A stretch of 64,000 bases of DNA from Eledone cirrhosa (GCA_964016885.1 OZ024743.1:307706001-307770000), one strand, 5' to 3'; positions 1 to 15,000 are shown, numbered from the stretch's first letter. The notes: a model not told the origin generated them from the letters alone. Numbers and translations are program-made.

Positions 1-3000
1 CTGTAAAGGTTTGAAAGATAGGAGGCGAGTATGCCTTGCTGGATGTGTAAAGTTTGTGTCTGTAAAGGTTTGAAAGATAGGAGGTGAGCATGCCTTGCTG
101 GATGTGTAAAGTTTGTGTCTGTAAAGGTTTGAAAGATAGGAGGTGAGCATGCCTTGATGGATGTGTAAAGTTTGTGTCTGTAAAGGTTTGAAAGATAGGA
201 GGTGAGCATGCCTTGCTGGATGTGTAAAGTTTGTGTCTGTAAAGGTTTGAAAGATAGGAGGTGAGCATGCCTTGATGGATGTGTAAAGTTTGTGTCTGTA
301 AAGGTTTGAAAGATAGGAGGTGAGCATGCCTTGCTGGATGTGTAAAGTTTGTGTCTGTAAAGGTTTGAAAGATAGGAGGTGAGCATGCCTTGCTGGATGC
401 GTAAAGTTTGTGTCTGTAAAGGTTTGAAAGATAGGAGGTGAGCATGCCTTGCTGGATGTGTAAAGTTTGTGTCTGTAAAGGTTTGAAAGATATGAGGTGA
501 GCATGCCCTGCTGGATGTGTAAAGTTTGTGTCTGTAAAGGTTTGAAAGATAGGAGGTGAGCATGCCTTGCTAGATGTGTAAAGTTTGTGTCTGTAAAGGT
601 TTGAAAGATAGGAGGTGAACATGCCTTGCTGGGTGTGTAAACTTTGTGTCTGTAAAGGTTTGAAACATAGGAGGTGAGCATGCCCTGCTGGATGTGTAAA
701 GTTTGTGTCTGTAAAGGTTTGAAAGATAGGAGGTGAACATGCCCTGCTGGATGTGTAAAGTTTGTGTCTGTAAAGGTTTGAAAGATAGGAGGTGAGCATG
801 CCCTGCTGGAAGTGTAAAGTGTGTGTCTGTAAAGGTTTGAAAGATAGGAGGTGAGCATGCCTTGCTGGATGTGTAAAGTTTGTCTGTAAAGGTTTGAAAG
901 ATAGGTGAGCATGCCTTGATGGATATGTAAAGTTTGTGTCTGTAAAGGTTTGAAAGATAGGTGAGCATGCCTTGATGGATGTGTAAAGTTTGTGTCTGTA
1001 AAGGTTTGAAAGATAGGAGGTGAGTATGCCCTGCTGGATGTGTAAAGTTTGTGTCTGTAAAGTTTTGAAAGATAGGTGAGCATGCCTTGATGGATGTGTA
1101 AAGTTTGTGTCTGTAAAGGTTTGAAAGATAGGTGAGCATGCCTTGATGGATGTGTAAAGTTTGTGTCTGTAAAGGTTTGAAAGATAGGAGGTCAGCATGC
1201 CTTGCTGGATGTGTAAAGTTTGTGTCTGTAAAGGTTTGAAAGATAGGAGGTGAGCATGCCCTGCTGGATGTGTAAAGTTTGTGTCTGTAAAGGTTTGAAA
1301 GATAGGTGAGCATGCCTTGATGGATGTGTAAAGTTTGTGTCTGTAAAGGTTTGAAAGATAGGTGAGCATGCCTTGATGGATGTGTAAAGTTTGTGTCTGT
1401 AAAGGTTTGAAAGATAGGAGGTCAGCATGCCTTGCTGGATGTGTAAAGTTTGTGTCTGTAAAGGTTTGAAAGATAGGAGGTCAGCATGCCTTGCTGGATG
1501 TGTAAAGTTTGTGTCTGTAAAGGTTTGAAAGATAGGAGGTGAGCATGCCCTGCTGGATGTGTAAAGTTTGTGTCTGTAAAGGTTTGAAAGATAGGTGAGC
1601 ATGCCTTGCTTCATGTGTAAAGTTTGTCTGTAAAGGTTTGAAAGATAGGTGAGCATGCCTTGATGGATGTGTAAAGTTTGTGTCTGTAAAGGTTTGAAAG
1701 ATAGGTGAGCATGCCTTGATGGATGTGTAAAGTTTGTGTCTGTAAAGGTTTGAAAGATAGGAGGTCAGCATGCCTTGCTGGATGTGTAAAGTTTGTGTCT
1801 GTAAAGGTTTGAAAGATAGGAGGTGAGCATGCCCTGCTGGATGTGTAAAGTTTGTGTCTGTAAAGGTTTGAAAGATAGGTGAGCATGCCTTGCTTCATGT
1901 GTAAAGTTTGTCTGTAAAGGTTTGAAAGATAGGTGAGCATGCCTTGATGGATATGTAAAGTTTGTGTCTGTAAAGGTTTGAAAGATAGGTGAGCATGCCT
2001 TGATGGATGTGTAAAGTTTGTGTCTGTAAAGGTTTGAAAGATAGGAGGTGAGTATGCCCTGCTGGATGTGTAAAGTTTGTGTCTGTAAAGTTTTGAAAGA
2101 TAGGTGAGCATGCCTTGATGGATGTGTAAAGTTTGTGTCTGTAAAGGTTTGAAAGATAGGTGAGCATGCCTTGATGGATGTGTAAAGTTTGTGTCTGTAA
2201 AGGTTTGAAAGATAGGAGGTCAGCATGCCTTGCTGGATGTGTAAAGTTTGTGTCTGTAAAGGTTTGAAAGATAGGAGGTGAGCATGCCCTGCTGGATGTG
2301 TAAAGTTTGTGTCTGTAAAGGTTTGAAAGATAGGTGAGCATGCCTTGATGGATGTGTAAAGTTTGTGTCTGTAAAGGTTTGAAAGATAGGTGAGCATGCC
2401 TTGATGGATGTGTAAAGTTTGTGTCTGTAAAGGTTTGAAAGATAGGAGGTGAGCATGCCTTGCTGGATGTGTAAAGTTTGTGTCTGTAAAGGTTTGAAAG
2501 ATAGGTGAGCAAGCCTTGATGGATGTGTAAAGTCTGTGTCTGTAAAGGTTTGAAAGATAGGAGGTGAGCATGCCTTGCTAGATGTGTAAAGTTTGTGTCT
2601 GTAAAGGTTTGAAAGATAGGAGGTGAGTATGCCCTGCTGGATGTGTAAAGTTTGTGTCTGTAAAGGTTTGAAAGATAGGAGGTGAGCTTGCCTTGCTAGA
2701 TGTGTAAAGTTTGTGTCTGTAAAGGTTTGAAAGATAGGAGGTGAACATGCCTTGCTGGATGTGTAAACGTTGTGTCTGTAAAGGTTTGAAAGATAGGAGG
2801 TGAGCATGCCCTGCTGGATGTGTAAAGTTTGTGTCTGTAAAGGTTTGAAAGATAGGAGGTGAGCATGCCCTGCTGGATGTGTAAAGTGTGTGTCTGTAAA
2901 GGTTTGAAAGATAGGTGAGCATGCCTTGCTTCATGTGTAAAGTTTGTCTGTAAAGGTTTGAAAGATAGGTGAGCATGCCTTGATGGATGTGTAAAGTTTG

Positions 3001-6000
3001 TGTCTGTAAAGGTTTGAAAGATAGGTGAGCATGCCTTGATGGATGTGTAAAGTTTGTGTCTGTAAAGGTTTGAAAGATAGGAGGTGAGTATGCCCTGCTG
3101 GATGTGTAAAGTTTGTGTCTGTAAAGGTTTGAAAGATAGGTGAGCATGCCTTGATGGATGTGTAAAGTTTGTGTCTGTAAAGGTTTGAAAGATAGGTGAG
3201 CATGCCTTGATGGATGTGTAAAGTTTGTGTCTGTAAAGGTTTGAAAGATAGGTGAGCAAGCCTTGATGGATGTGTAAAGTTTGTGTCTGTAAAGGTTTGA
3301 AAGATAGGTGAGCATGCCTTGATGGATGTGTAAAGTTTGTGTCTGTAAAGGTTTGAAAGATAGGAGGTGAGCATGCCCTGCTGGATGTGTAAAGTTTGTG
3401 TCTGTAAAGGTTTGAAAGGTAGGTGAGCATGCCTTGATGGATGTGTAAAGTTTGTGTCTGTAAAGGTTTGAAAGATATGAGGTGAGCATGCCCTGCTGGA
3501 TGTGTAAAGTTTGTGTCTGTAAAGGTTTGAAAGATAGGTGAGCATGCCTTGCTTCATGTGTAAAGTTTGTGTCTGTAAAGGTTTGAAAGATAGGAGGTGA
3601 GCATGCCCTGCTGGATGTGTAAAGTTTGCGTCTGTAAAGGTTTGAAAGATAGGAGGTGAGCATGCCTTGCTAGATGTGTAAAGTTTGTGTCTGTAAAGGT
3701 TTGAAAGATAGGAGGTGAACATGCCTTGCTGGATGTGTAAACTTTGTGTCTGTAAAGGTTTGAAAGATAGGAGGTGAGCATGCCCTGCTGGATGTGTAAA
3801 GTTTGTGTCTGTAAAGGTTTGAAAGATAGGAGGTGAGCATGTCCTGCTGGATGTGTAAAGTTTGTGTCTGTAAAGGTTTGAAAGATAGGAGGTGAGCATG
3901 CCTTGATGGTTGTGTAAAGTTTGTGTCTGTAAAGGTTTGAAAGATAGGAGGTGAACATGCCTTGCTGGATGTGTAAAGTTTGTGTCTGTAAAGTTTTGAA
4001 AGATAGGAGGTGAGCATGCCTTGATGGATGTGTAAAGTTTGTGTCTGTAAAGGTTTGAAAGATAGGAGGCGAGTATGCCTTGCTGGATGTGTAAAGTTTG
4101 TGTCTGTAAAGGTTTGAAAGATAGGAGGTGAGCATGCCTTGCTGGATGTGTAAAGTTTGTGTCTGTAAAGGTTTGAAAGATAGGAGGTGAGCATGCCTTG
4201 ATGGATGTGTAAAGTTTGTGTCTGTAAAGGTTTGAAAGATAGGAGGTGAGCATGCCTTGCTGGATGTGTAAAGTTTGTGTCTGTAAAGGTTTGAAAGATA
4301 GGAGGTGAGCATGCCTTGATGGATGTGTAAAGTTTGTGTCTGTAAAGGTTTGAAAGATAGGAGGTGAGCATGCCTTGCTGGATGTGTAAAGTTTGTGTCT
4401 GTAAAGGTTTGAAAGATAGGAGGTGAGCATGCCTTGCTGGATGCGTAAAGTTTGTGTCTGTAAAGGTTTGAAAGATAGGAGGTGAGCATGCCTTGCTGGA
4501 TGTGTAAAGTTTGTGTCTGTAAAGGTTTGAAAGATATGAGGTGAGCATGCCCTGCTGGATGTGTAAAGTTTGTGTCTGTAAAGGTTTGAAAGATAGGAGG
4601 TGAGCATGCCTTGCTAGATGTGTAAAGTTTGTGTCTGTAAAGGTTTGAAAGATAGGAGGTGAACATGCCTTGCTGGGTGTGTAAACTTTGTGTCTGTAAA
4701 GGTTTGAAAGATAGGAGGTGAGCATGCCCTGCTGGATGTGTAAAGTTTGTGTCTGTAAAGGTTTGAAAGATAGGAGGTGAACATGCCCTGCTGGATGTGT
4801 AAAGTTTGTGTCTGTAAAGGTTTGAAAGATAGGAGGTGAGCATGCCCTGCTGGAAGTGTAAAGTGTGTGTCTGTAAAGGTTTGAAAGATAGGAGGTGAGC
4901 ATGCCTTGCTGGATGTGTAAAGTTTGTCTGTAAAGGTTTGAAAGATAGGTGAGCATGCCTTGATGGATATGTAAAGTTTGTGTCTGTAAAGGTTTGAAAG
5001 ATAGGTGAGCATGCCTTGATGGATGTGTAAAGTTTGTGTCTGTAAAGGTTTGAAAGATAGGAGGTGAGTATGCCCTGCTGGATGTGTAAAGTTTGTGTCT
5101 GTAAAGTTTTGAAAGATAGGTGAGCATGCCTTGATGGATGTGTAAAGTTTGTGTCTGTAAAGGTTTGAAAGATAGGTGAGCATGCCTTGATGGATGTGTA
5201 AAGTTTGTGTCTGTAAAGGTTTGAAAGATAGGAGGTCAGCATGCCTTGCTGGATGTGTAAAGTTTGTGTCTGTAAAGGTTTGAAAGATAGGAGGTGAGCA
5301 TGCCCTGCTGGATGTGTAAAGTTTGTGTCTGTAAAGGTTTGAAAGATAGGTGAGCATGCCTTGATGGATGTGTAAAGTTTGTGTCTGTAAAGGTTTGAAA
5401 GATAGGTGAGCATGCCTTGATGGATGTGTAAAGTTTGTGTCTGTAAAGGTTTGAAAGATAGGAGGTCAGCATGCCTTGCTGGATGTGTAAAGTTTGTGTC
5501 TGTAAAGGTTTGAAAGATAGGAGGTCAGCATGCCTTGCTGGATGTGTAAAGTTTGTGTCTGTAAAGGTTTGAAAGATAGGAGGTGAGCATGCCCTGCTGG
5601 ATGTGTAAAGTTTGTGTCTGTAAAGGTTTGAAAGATAGGTGAGCATGCCTTGCTTCATGTGTAAAGTTTGTCTGTAAAGGTTTGAAAGATAGGTGAGCAT
5701 GCCTTGATGGATGTGTAAAGTTTGTGTCTGTAAAGGTTTGAAAGATAGGTGAGCATGCCTTGATGGATGTGTAAAGTTTGTGTCTGTAAAGGTTTGAAAG
5801 ATAGGAGGTCAGCATGCCTTGCTGGATGTGTAAAGTTTGTGTCTGTAAAGGTTTGAAAGATAGGAGGTGAGCATGCCCTGCTGGATGTGTAAAGTTTGTG
5901 TCTGTAAAGGTTTGAAAGATAGGTGAGCATGCCTTGCTTCATGTGTAAAGTTTGTCTGTAAAGGTTTGAAAGATAGGTGAGCATGCCTTGATGGATATGT

Positions 6001-9000
6001 AAAGTTTGTGTCTGTAAAGGTTTGAAAGATAGGTGAGCATGCCTTGATGGATGTGTAAAGTTTGTGTCTGTAAAGGTTTGAAAGATAGGAGGTGAGTATG
6101 CCCTGCTGGATGTGTAAAGTTTGTGTCTGTAAAGTTTTGAAAGATAGGTGAGCATGCCTTGATGGATGTGTAAAGTTTGTGTCTGTAAAGGTTTGAAAGA
6201 TAGGTGAGCATGCCTTGATGGATGTGTAAAGTTTGTGTCTGTAAAGGTTTGAAAGATAGGAGGTCAGCATGCCTTGCTGGATGTGTAAAGTTTGTGTCTG
6301 TAAAGGTTTGAAAGATAGGAGGTGAGCATGCCCTGCTGGATGTGTAAAGTTTGTGTCTGTAAAGGTTTGAAAGATAGGTGAGCATGCCTTGATGGATGTG
6401 TAAAGTTTGTGTCTGTAAAGGTTTGAAAGATAGGTGAGCATGCCTTGATGGATGTGTAAAGTTTGTGTCTGTAAAGGTTTGAAAGATAGGAGGTGAGCAT
6501 GCCTTGCTGGATGTGTAAAGTTTGTGTCTGTAAAGGTTTGAAAGATAGGTGAGCAAGCCTTGATGGATGTGTAAAGTCTGTGTCTGTAAAGGTTTGAAAG
6601 ATAGGAGGTGAGCATGCCTTGCTAGATGTGTAAAGTTTGTGTCTGTAAAGGTTTGAAAGATAGGAGGTGAGTATGCCCTGCTGGATGTGTAAAGTTTGTG
6701 TCTGTAAAGGTTTGAAAGATAGGAGGTGAGCTTGCCTTGCTAGATGTGTAAAGTTTGTGTCTGTAAAGGTTTGAAAGATAGGAGGTGAACATGCCTTGCT
6801 GGATGTGTAAACGTTGTGTCTGTAAAGGTTTGAAAGATAGGAGGTGAGCATGCCCTGCTGGATGTGTAAAGTTTGTGTCTGTAAAGGTTTGAAAGATAGG
6901 AGGTGAGCATGCCCTGCTGGATGTGTAAAGTGTGTGTCTGTAAAGGTTTGAAAGATAGGTGAGCATGCCTTGCTTCATGTGTAAAGTTTGTCTGTAAAGG
7001 TTTGAAAGATAGGTGAGCATGCCTTGATGGATGTGTAAAGTTTGTGTCTGTAAAGGTTTGAAAGATAGGTGAGCATGCCTTGATGGATGTGTAAAGTTTG
7101 TGTCTGTAAAGGTTTGAAAGATAGGAGGTGAGTATGCCCTGCTGGATGTGTAAAGTTTGTGTCTGTAAAGGTTTGAAAGATAGGTGAGCATGCCTTGATG
7201 GATGTGTAAAGTTTGTGTCTGTAAAGGTTTGAAAGATAGGTGAGCATGCCTTGATGGATGTGTAAAGTTTGTGTCTGTAAAGGTTTGAAAGATAGGTGAG
7301 CAAGCCTTGATGGATGTGTAAAGTTTGTGTCTGTAAAGGTTTGAAAGATAGGTGAGCATGCCTTGATGGATGTGTAAAGTTTGTGTCTGTAAAGGTTTGA
7401 AAGATAGGAGGTGAGCATGCCCTGCTGGATGTGTAAAGTTTGTGTCTGTAAAGGTTTGAAAGGTAGGTGAGCATGCCTTGATGGATGTGTAAAGTTTGTG
7501 TCTGTAAAGGTTTGAAAGATATGAGGTGAGCATGCCCTGCTGGATGTGTAAAGTTTGTGTCTGTAAAGGTTTGAAAGATAGGTGAGCATGCCTTGCTTCA
7601 TGTGTAAAGTTTGTGTCTGTAAAGGTTTGAAAGATAGGAGGTGAGCATGCCCTGCTGGATGTGTAAAGTTTGCGTCTGTAAAGGTTTGAAAGATAGGAGG
7701 TGAGCATGCCTTGCTAGATGTGTAAAGTTTGTGTCTGTAAAGGTTTGAAAGATAGGAGGTGAACATGCCTTGCTGGATGTGTAAACTTTGTGTCTGTAAA
7801 GGTTTGAAAGATAGGAGGTGAGCATGCCCTGCTGGATGTGTAAAGTTTGTGTCTGTAAAGGTTTGAAAGATAGGAGGTGAGCATGCCCTGCTGGATGTGT
7901 AAAGTTTGTGTCTGTAAATGTTTGAAAGATAGGTGAGCATGCCTTGCTTCATGTGTAAAGTTTGTGTCTGTAAAGGTTTGAAAGGTAGGAGGTGAGCATG
8001 CCCTGCTGGATGTGTAAAGTTTGTGTCTCTAAAGGTTTGAAAGATAGGTGAGCATGCCTTGATGGATGTGTAAAGTTTGTGTCTGTAAAGGTTTGAAAGA
8101 TAGGTGAGCATGCCTTGATGGATGTGTAAAGTTTGTGTCTGTAAAGGTTTGAAAGATAGGAGGTGAGTATGCCCTGCTGGATGTGTAAAGTTTGTGTCTG
8201 TAAAGGTTTGAAAGATAGGAGGTGAGCATGCCTTGCTAGATGTGTAAAGTTTGTGTCTGTAAAGGTTTGAAAGATAGGTGAGCATGCCTTGATGGATGTG
8301 TAAAGTTTGTGTCTGTAAAGGTTTGAAAGATAGGTGAGCATGCCTTGATGGATGTGTAAAGTTTGTGTCTGTAAAGGTTTGAAAGATAGGAGGTGAGTAT
8401 GCCCTGCTGGATGTGTAAAGTTTGTGTCTGTAAAGGTTTGAAAGAAAGGAGGTGAGCATGCCTTGCTAGATGTGTAAAGTTTGTGTCTGTAAAGGTTTGA
8501 AAGATAGGAGGTGAACATGCCTTGCTGGATGTGTAAACTTTGTGTCTGTAAAGGTTTGAAAGATAGGAGGTGAGCATGCCCTGCTGGATGTGTAAAGTTT
8601 GTGTCTGTAAAGGTTTGAAAGATAGGAGGTGAACATGCCCTGCTGGATGTGTAAAGTTTGTGTCTGTAAAGGTTTGAAAGATAGGAGGTGAGCATGCCCT
8701 GCTGGATGTGTAAAGTGTGTGTCTGTAAAGGTTTGAAAGATAGGTGAGCATGCCTTGCTTCATGTGTAAAGTTTGTCTGTAAAGGTTTGAAAGATAGGTG
8801 AGCATGCCTTGATGGATGTGTAATGTTTGTGTCTGTAAAGGTTTGAAAGATAGGAGGTGAGCATGCCTTGCTGGATGTGTAAAGTTTGTGTCTGTAAAGG
8901 TTTGAAAGATAGGTGAGCATGCCTTGCTGGATGTGTAAACGTTGTGTCTGTAAAGGCTTGAAAGATAGGAGGTGAGCATGCCTTGCTGGATGTGTAAAGT

Positions 9001-12000
9001 TTGTGTCTGTAAAGGTTTGAAAGATAGGTGAGCATGCCCTGCTGGATGTGTAAAGTGTGTGTCTGTAAAGGTTTGAAAGATAGGTCAGCATGCCCTGCTG
9101 GATGTGTAAAGTTTGTGTCTGTAAAGGTTTGAAAGATAGGTGAGCATGCCTTGATGGATGTGTAAAGTTTGTGTCTGTAAAGGTTTGAAAGATAGGTGAG
9201 CATGCCTTGATGGATGTGTAAAGTTTGTGTCTGTAAAGGTTTGAAAGATAGGAGGTCAGCATGCCTTGCTGGATGTGTAAAGTTTGTGTCTGTAAAGGTT
9301 TGAAAGATAGGTGAGCAAGCCTTGATGGATGTGTAAAGTTTGTGTCTGTAAAGGTTTGAAAGATAGGAGGTGAGCATGCCCTGCTGGATGTGTAAAGTTT
9401 GTGTCTGTAAAGGTTTGAAAGATAGGAGGTGAGCATGTCCTGCTGGATGTGTAAAGTTTGTGTCTGTAAAGGTTTGAAAGATAGGAGGTGAACATGCCTT
9501 GCTGGATGTGTAAAGTTTGTGTCTGTAAAGTTTTGAAAGATAGGAGGTGAGCATGCCTTGATGGATGTGTAAAGTTTGTGTCTGTAAAGGTTTGAAAGAT
9601 AGGAGGCGAGCATGCCTTGCTGGATGTGTAAAGTTTGTGTCTGTAAAGGTTTGAAAGATAGGAGGTGAGCATGCCTTGCTGGATGTGTAAACTTCGTGTC
9701 TGTAAAGGTTTGAAAGATAGGAGGTGAGCATGCCTTGATGGATGTGTAAAGTTTGTGTCTGTAAAGGTTTGAAAGATAGGAGGTGAGCATGCCTTGCTGG
9801 ATGTGTAAAGTTTGTGTCTGTAAAGGTTTGAAAGATAGGAGGTGAGCATGCCTTGATGGATGTGTAAAGTTTGTGTCTGTAAAGGTTTGAAAGATATGAG
9901 GTGAGCATGCCCTGCTGGATGTGTAAAGTTTGTGTCTGTAAAGGTTTGAAAGATAGGTGAGCATGCCTTGCTGGATGTGTAAAGTTTGTGTCTGTAAAGG
10001 TTTGAAAGATAGGAGGTGAGCATGCCCTGCTGGATGTGTAAAGTTTGTGTCTGTAAAGGTTTGAAAGATAGGAGGTGAGCATGCCTTGCTGGATGTGTAA
10101 AGTTTGTGTCTGTAACGGTTTGAAAGATAGGTGAGCATGCCCTGCTGGATGTGTAAAGTTTGTGTCTGTAAAGGTTTGAAAGATAGGAGGTGAGCATGCC
10201 CTGCTGGATGTGTAAAGTTTGTGTCTGTAAAGGTTTGAAAGATAGGAGGTGAGCATGTCCTGCTGGATGTGTAAAGTTTGTGTCTGTAAAGGTTTGAAAG
10301 ATAGGAGGTGAGCATGTCCTGCTGGATGTGTAAAGTTTGTGTCGGTAAAGGTTTGAAAGATAGGTGAGCATGCCTTGCTGGATGTGTAAAGTTTGTGTCT
10401 GTAAAGGTTTGAAAGATAGGAGGTGAGCATGCCTTGATGGATGTGTAATGTTTGTGTCTGTAAAGGTTTGAAAGATAGGAGGTGAGCATGCCTTGCTGGA
10501 TGTGTAAAGTTTGTGTCTGTCAAGGTTTGAAAGATAGGAGGTGAGCATGCCTTGATGGATGTGTAATGTTTGTGTCTGTAAAGGTTTGAAAGATAGGAGG
10601 TGAGCATGCCTTGCTGGATGTGTAAAGTTTGTGTCTGTCAAGGTTTGAAAGATAGGAGGTGAGCATGCCTTGATGGATGTGTAATGTTTGTGTCTGTAAA
10701 GGTTTGAAAGATAGGAGGTGAGCATGCCTTGCTGGATGTGTAAAGTTTGTGTCTGTAAAGGTTTGAAAGATAGGAGGTGAGCATGCCTTGCTGGATGTGT
10801 AAAGTTTGTGTCTGTAAAGGTTTGAAAGATAGGATGTGAGCATGCCTTGCTGGATGTCTAAAGTTTGTGTCTGTAAAGGTTTGAAAGATAGGTGGTGAGC
10901 ATGCCTTGCTGGATGTGTAAAGTTTGTGTCTGTAAAGGTTTGAAAAATATGAGGTGAGCATGCCCTGCTGGATGTGTAAAGTTTGTGTCTGTAAAGGTTT
11001 GAAAGATAGGAGGTGAGCATGCCCTGCTGGATGTGTAAAGTTTGTGTCTGTAAAGGTTTGAAAGATAGGAGTTGAGCATGCCCTGCTGGATGTGTAAAGT
11101 TTGTGTCTGTAAATGTTTGAAAGATAGGTGAGCATGCCTTGCTTCATGTGTAAAGTTTGTGTCTGTAAAGGTTTGAAAGGTAGGAGGTGAGCATGCCCTG
11201 CTGGATGTGTAAAGTTTGTGTCTGTAAAGGTTTGAAAGATAGGAGGTGAGCATGCCTTGCTAGATGTGTAAAGTTTGTGTCTGTAAAGGTTTGAAAGATA
11301 GGAGGTGAGCATGCCTTGCTGGATGTGTAAAGTTTGTGTCTGTAAAGGTTTGAAAGATAGGAGGTGAGCATGCCTTGCTGGATGTGTAAAGTTTGTGTCT
11401 GTAAAGGTTTGAAAGATAGGAGGTGAGCATGCCCTGCTGGATGTGTAAAGTTTGTGTCTGTAAAGGTTTGAAAGATAGGAGGTGAGCATGCCCTGCTGGA
11501 TGTGTAAAGTGTGTGTCTGTAAAGGTTTGAAAGATAGGTGAGCATGCCTTGCTTCATGTGTAAAGTTTGTCTGTAAAGGTTTGAAAGATAGGTGAGCATG
11601 CCTTGATGGATGTGTAATGTTTGTGTCTGTAAAGGTTTGAATGATAGGTGAGCATGCCTTGATGGATATGTAAAGTTTGTGTCTGTAAAGGTTTGAAAGA
11701 TAGGAGGTGAGTATGCCCTGCTGGATGTGTAAAGTTTGTGTCTGTAAAGGTTTGAAAGATAGGTGAGCATGCCTTGATGGATGTGTAAAGTTTGTGTCTG
11801 TAAAGGTTTGAAAGATAGGTGAGCATGCCTTGATGGATGTGTAAAGTTTGTGTCTGTAAAGGTTTGAAAGATAGGTGAGCATGCCTTGATGGATGTGGAA
11901 AGTTTGTGTCTGTAAAGGTTTGAAAGATAGGAGGTGAGCATGCCCTGCTGGATGTGTAAAGTTTGTGTCTGTAAAGGTTTGAAAGATAGGTGAGCATGCC

Positions 12001-15000
12001 TTGATGGATGTGTAAAGTTTGTGTCTGTAAAGGTTTGAAAGATAGGTGAGCATGCCTTGATGGATGTGTAAAGTTTGTGTCTGTAAAGGTTTGAAAGATA
12101 GGAGGTGAGCATGCCTTGCTGGATGTGTAAAGTTTGTGTCTGTAAAGGTTTGAAAGATAGGAGGTGAGCATGCCTTGATGGATGTGTAAAGTTTGTGTCT
12201 GTAAAGGTTTGAAAGATAGGAGATGAGCATGCCTTGCTGGATGTGTGAAGTTTGTGTCTGTAAAGGTTTGAAAGATAGGAGGTGAGCATGCCTGGCTGGA
12301 TGTGTAAAGTTTGTGTCTGTAAAGGTTTGAAAGATAGGAGGTGAGCATGCCTTGCTGGATGTGTAAAGTTTGTGTCTGTAAAGCTTTGAAAGATATGAGG
12401 TGAGCATGCCCTGCTGGATGTGTAAAGTTTGTGTCTGTAAAGGTTTGAAAGATAGGTGAGCATGCCTTGCTGGATGTGTAAAGGTTTGAAAGATAGGAGG
12501 TGAGCATGCCCTGCTGGATGTGTAAAGTTTGTGTCTGTAAAGGTTTGAAAGATAGGAGGTGAGCATGCCTTGCTGGATGTGTAAAGTTTGTGTCTGTAAA
12601 GGTTTGAAAGATATGAGGTGAGCATGCCATGCTGGATGTGTAAAATTTGTGTCTGTAAAGGTTTGAAAGATAGGTGAGCATGCCTTGTTGGATGTGTAAA
12701 GTTTGTGTCTGTAAAGGTTTGAAAGATAGGAGGTGAGCATGCCCTGCTGGATGTGTAAAGTTTGTGTCTGTAAAGGTTTGAAAGATAGGAGGTGAGCATG
12801 CCTTGCTGGATGTGTAAAGTTTGTGTCTGTAAAGGTTTGAAAGATAGGTGAGCATGCCTTGCTGGATGTGTAAAGTTTGTGTCTGTAAAGGTTTGAAAGA
12901 TAGGAGGTGAGCATGCCCTGCTGGATGTGTAAAGTTTGTGTCTGTAAAGGTTTGAAAGATAGGTGAGCATGCCTTGATGGATGTGTAAAGTTTGTGTCTG
13001 TAAAGGTTTGAAAGATAGGTGAGCATGCCTTGATGGATGTGTAAAGTTTGTGTCTGTAAAGGTTTGAAAGATAGGAGGTGAGCATGCCTTGCTGGATGTG
13101 TAAAGTTTGTGTCTGTAAAGGTTTGAAAGATAGGAGGTGAGCATCCCTTGATGGATGTGTAAAGTTTGTGTCTGTAAAGGTTTGAAAGATAGGAGGTGAG
13201 CATGCCTTGCTGGATGTGTGAAGTTTGTGTCTGTAAAGGTTTGAAAGATAGGAGGTGAGCATGCCTTGCTGGATGTGTAAAGTTTGTGTCTGTAAAGGTT
13301 TGAAAGATAGGAGGTGAGCATGCCTTGCTGGATGTGTAAAGTTTGTGTCTGTAAAGGTTTGAAAGATATGAGGTGAGCATGCCCTGCTGGATGTGTAAAG
13401 TTTGTGTCTGTAAAGGTTTGAAAGATAGGTGAGCATGCCTTGCTGGATGTGTAAAGTTTGTGTCTGTAAAGGTTTGAAAGATAGGAGGTGAGCATGCCCT
13501 GCTGGATGTGTAAAGTTTGTGTCTGTAAAGGTTTGAAAGATAGGAGGTGAGCATGCCTTGCTGGATGTGTAAAGTTTGTGTCTGTAAAGGTTTGAAAGAT
13601 ATGAGGTGAGCATGCCATGCTGGATGTGTAAAATTTGTGTCTGTAAAGGTTTGAAAGATAGGTGAGCATGCCTTGCTGGATGTGTAAAGTTTGTGTCTGT
13701 AAAGGTTTGAAAGATAGGAGGTGAGCATGCCCTGCTGGATGTGTAAAGTTTGTGTCTGTAAAGGTTTGAAAGATAGGAGGTGAGCATGCCTTGCTGGATG
13801 TGTAAAGTTTGTGTCTGTAACGGTTTGAAAGATAGGTGAGCATGCCCTGCTGGATGTGTAAAGTTTGTGTCTGTAAAGGTTTGAAAGATAGGTGAGCATG
13901 CTCTGCTGGATGTGTAACGTTTGTGACTGTAAAGGTTTGAAAGATAGGTGAGCATACCTTGCTGGATGTGTAAAGTTTGTGTCTGTAAAGGTTTGAAAGA
14001 TAGGAGGTGAGCATGCCTTGCTGGATGTGTAAAGTTTGTGTCTGTAAAGGTTTGAAAGATAGGTGAGCATGCCTTGCTGGATGTGTAAAGTTTGTGTCTG
14101 TAAAGGTTTGAAAGATGGGAGGTGAGCATGCCCTGCTGGATGTGTAAAGTTTGTGTCTGTAAAGGTTTGAAAGATAGGAGGTGAGCATGCCCTGCTGGAT
14201 GTGTAAAGTTTGTGTCTGTAAAGGTTTGAAAGATAGGAGGTGAGCATGTCCTGCTGGATGTGTAAAGTTTGTGTCTGTAAAGGTTTGAAAGATAGGAGGT
14301 GAGCATGTCCTGCTGGATGTGTAAAGTTTGTGTCGGTAAAGGTTTGAAAGATAGGTGAGCATGCCTTGCTGGATGTGTAAAGTTTGTGTCTGTCAAGGTT
14401 TGAAAGATAGGAGGTGAGCATGCCTTGCTGGATGTGTAATGTTTGTGTCTGTAAAGGTTTGAAAGATAGGAGGTGAGCATGCCTTGCTGGATGTGTAAAG
14501 TTTGTGTCTGTAAAGGTTTGAAAGATAGGAGGTGAGCATGCCTTGCTGGATGTGTAAAGTTTGTGTCTGTAAAGGTTTGAAAGATAGGATGTGAGCATGC
14601 CTTGCTGGATGTGTAAAGTTTGTGTCTGTAAAGGTTTGAAAGATAGGTGGTGAGCATGCCCTGCTGGATGTGTAAAGTTTGTGTCTGTAAAGGTTTGAAA
14701 GATAGGAGGTGAGCATGCCTTGCTGGATGTGTAAAGTTTGTGTATGTAAAGGTTTGAAAGATATGAGGTGAGCATGCCATGCTGGATGTGTAAAATTTGT
14801 GTCTGTAAAGGTTTGAAAGATAGGTGAGCATGCCTTGCTGGATGTGTAAAGGTTTGAAAGATAGGAGGTGAGCATGCCCTGCTGGATGTGTAAAGTTTGT
14901 GTCTGTAAAGGTTTGAAAGATAGGAGGTGAGCATGCCTTGCTGGATGTGTAAAGTTTGTGTCTGTAAAGGTTTGAAAGATATGAGGTGAGCATGCCATGC

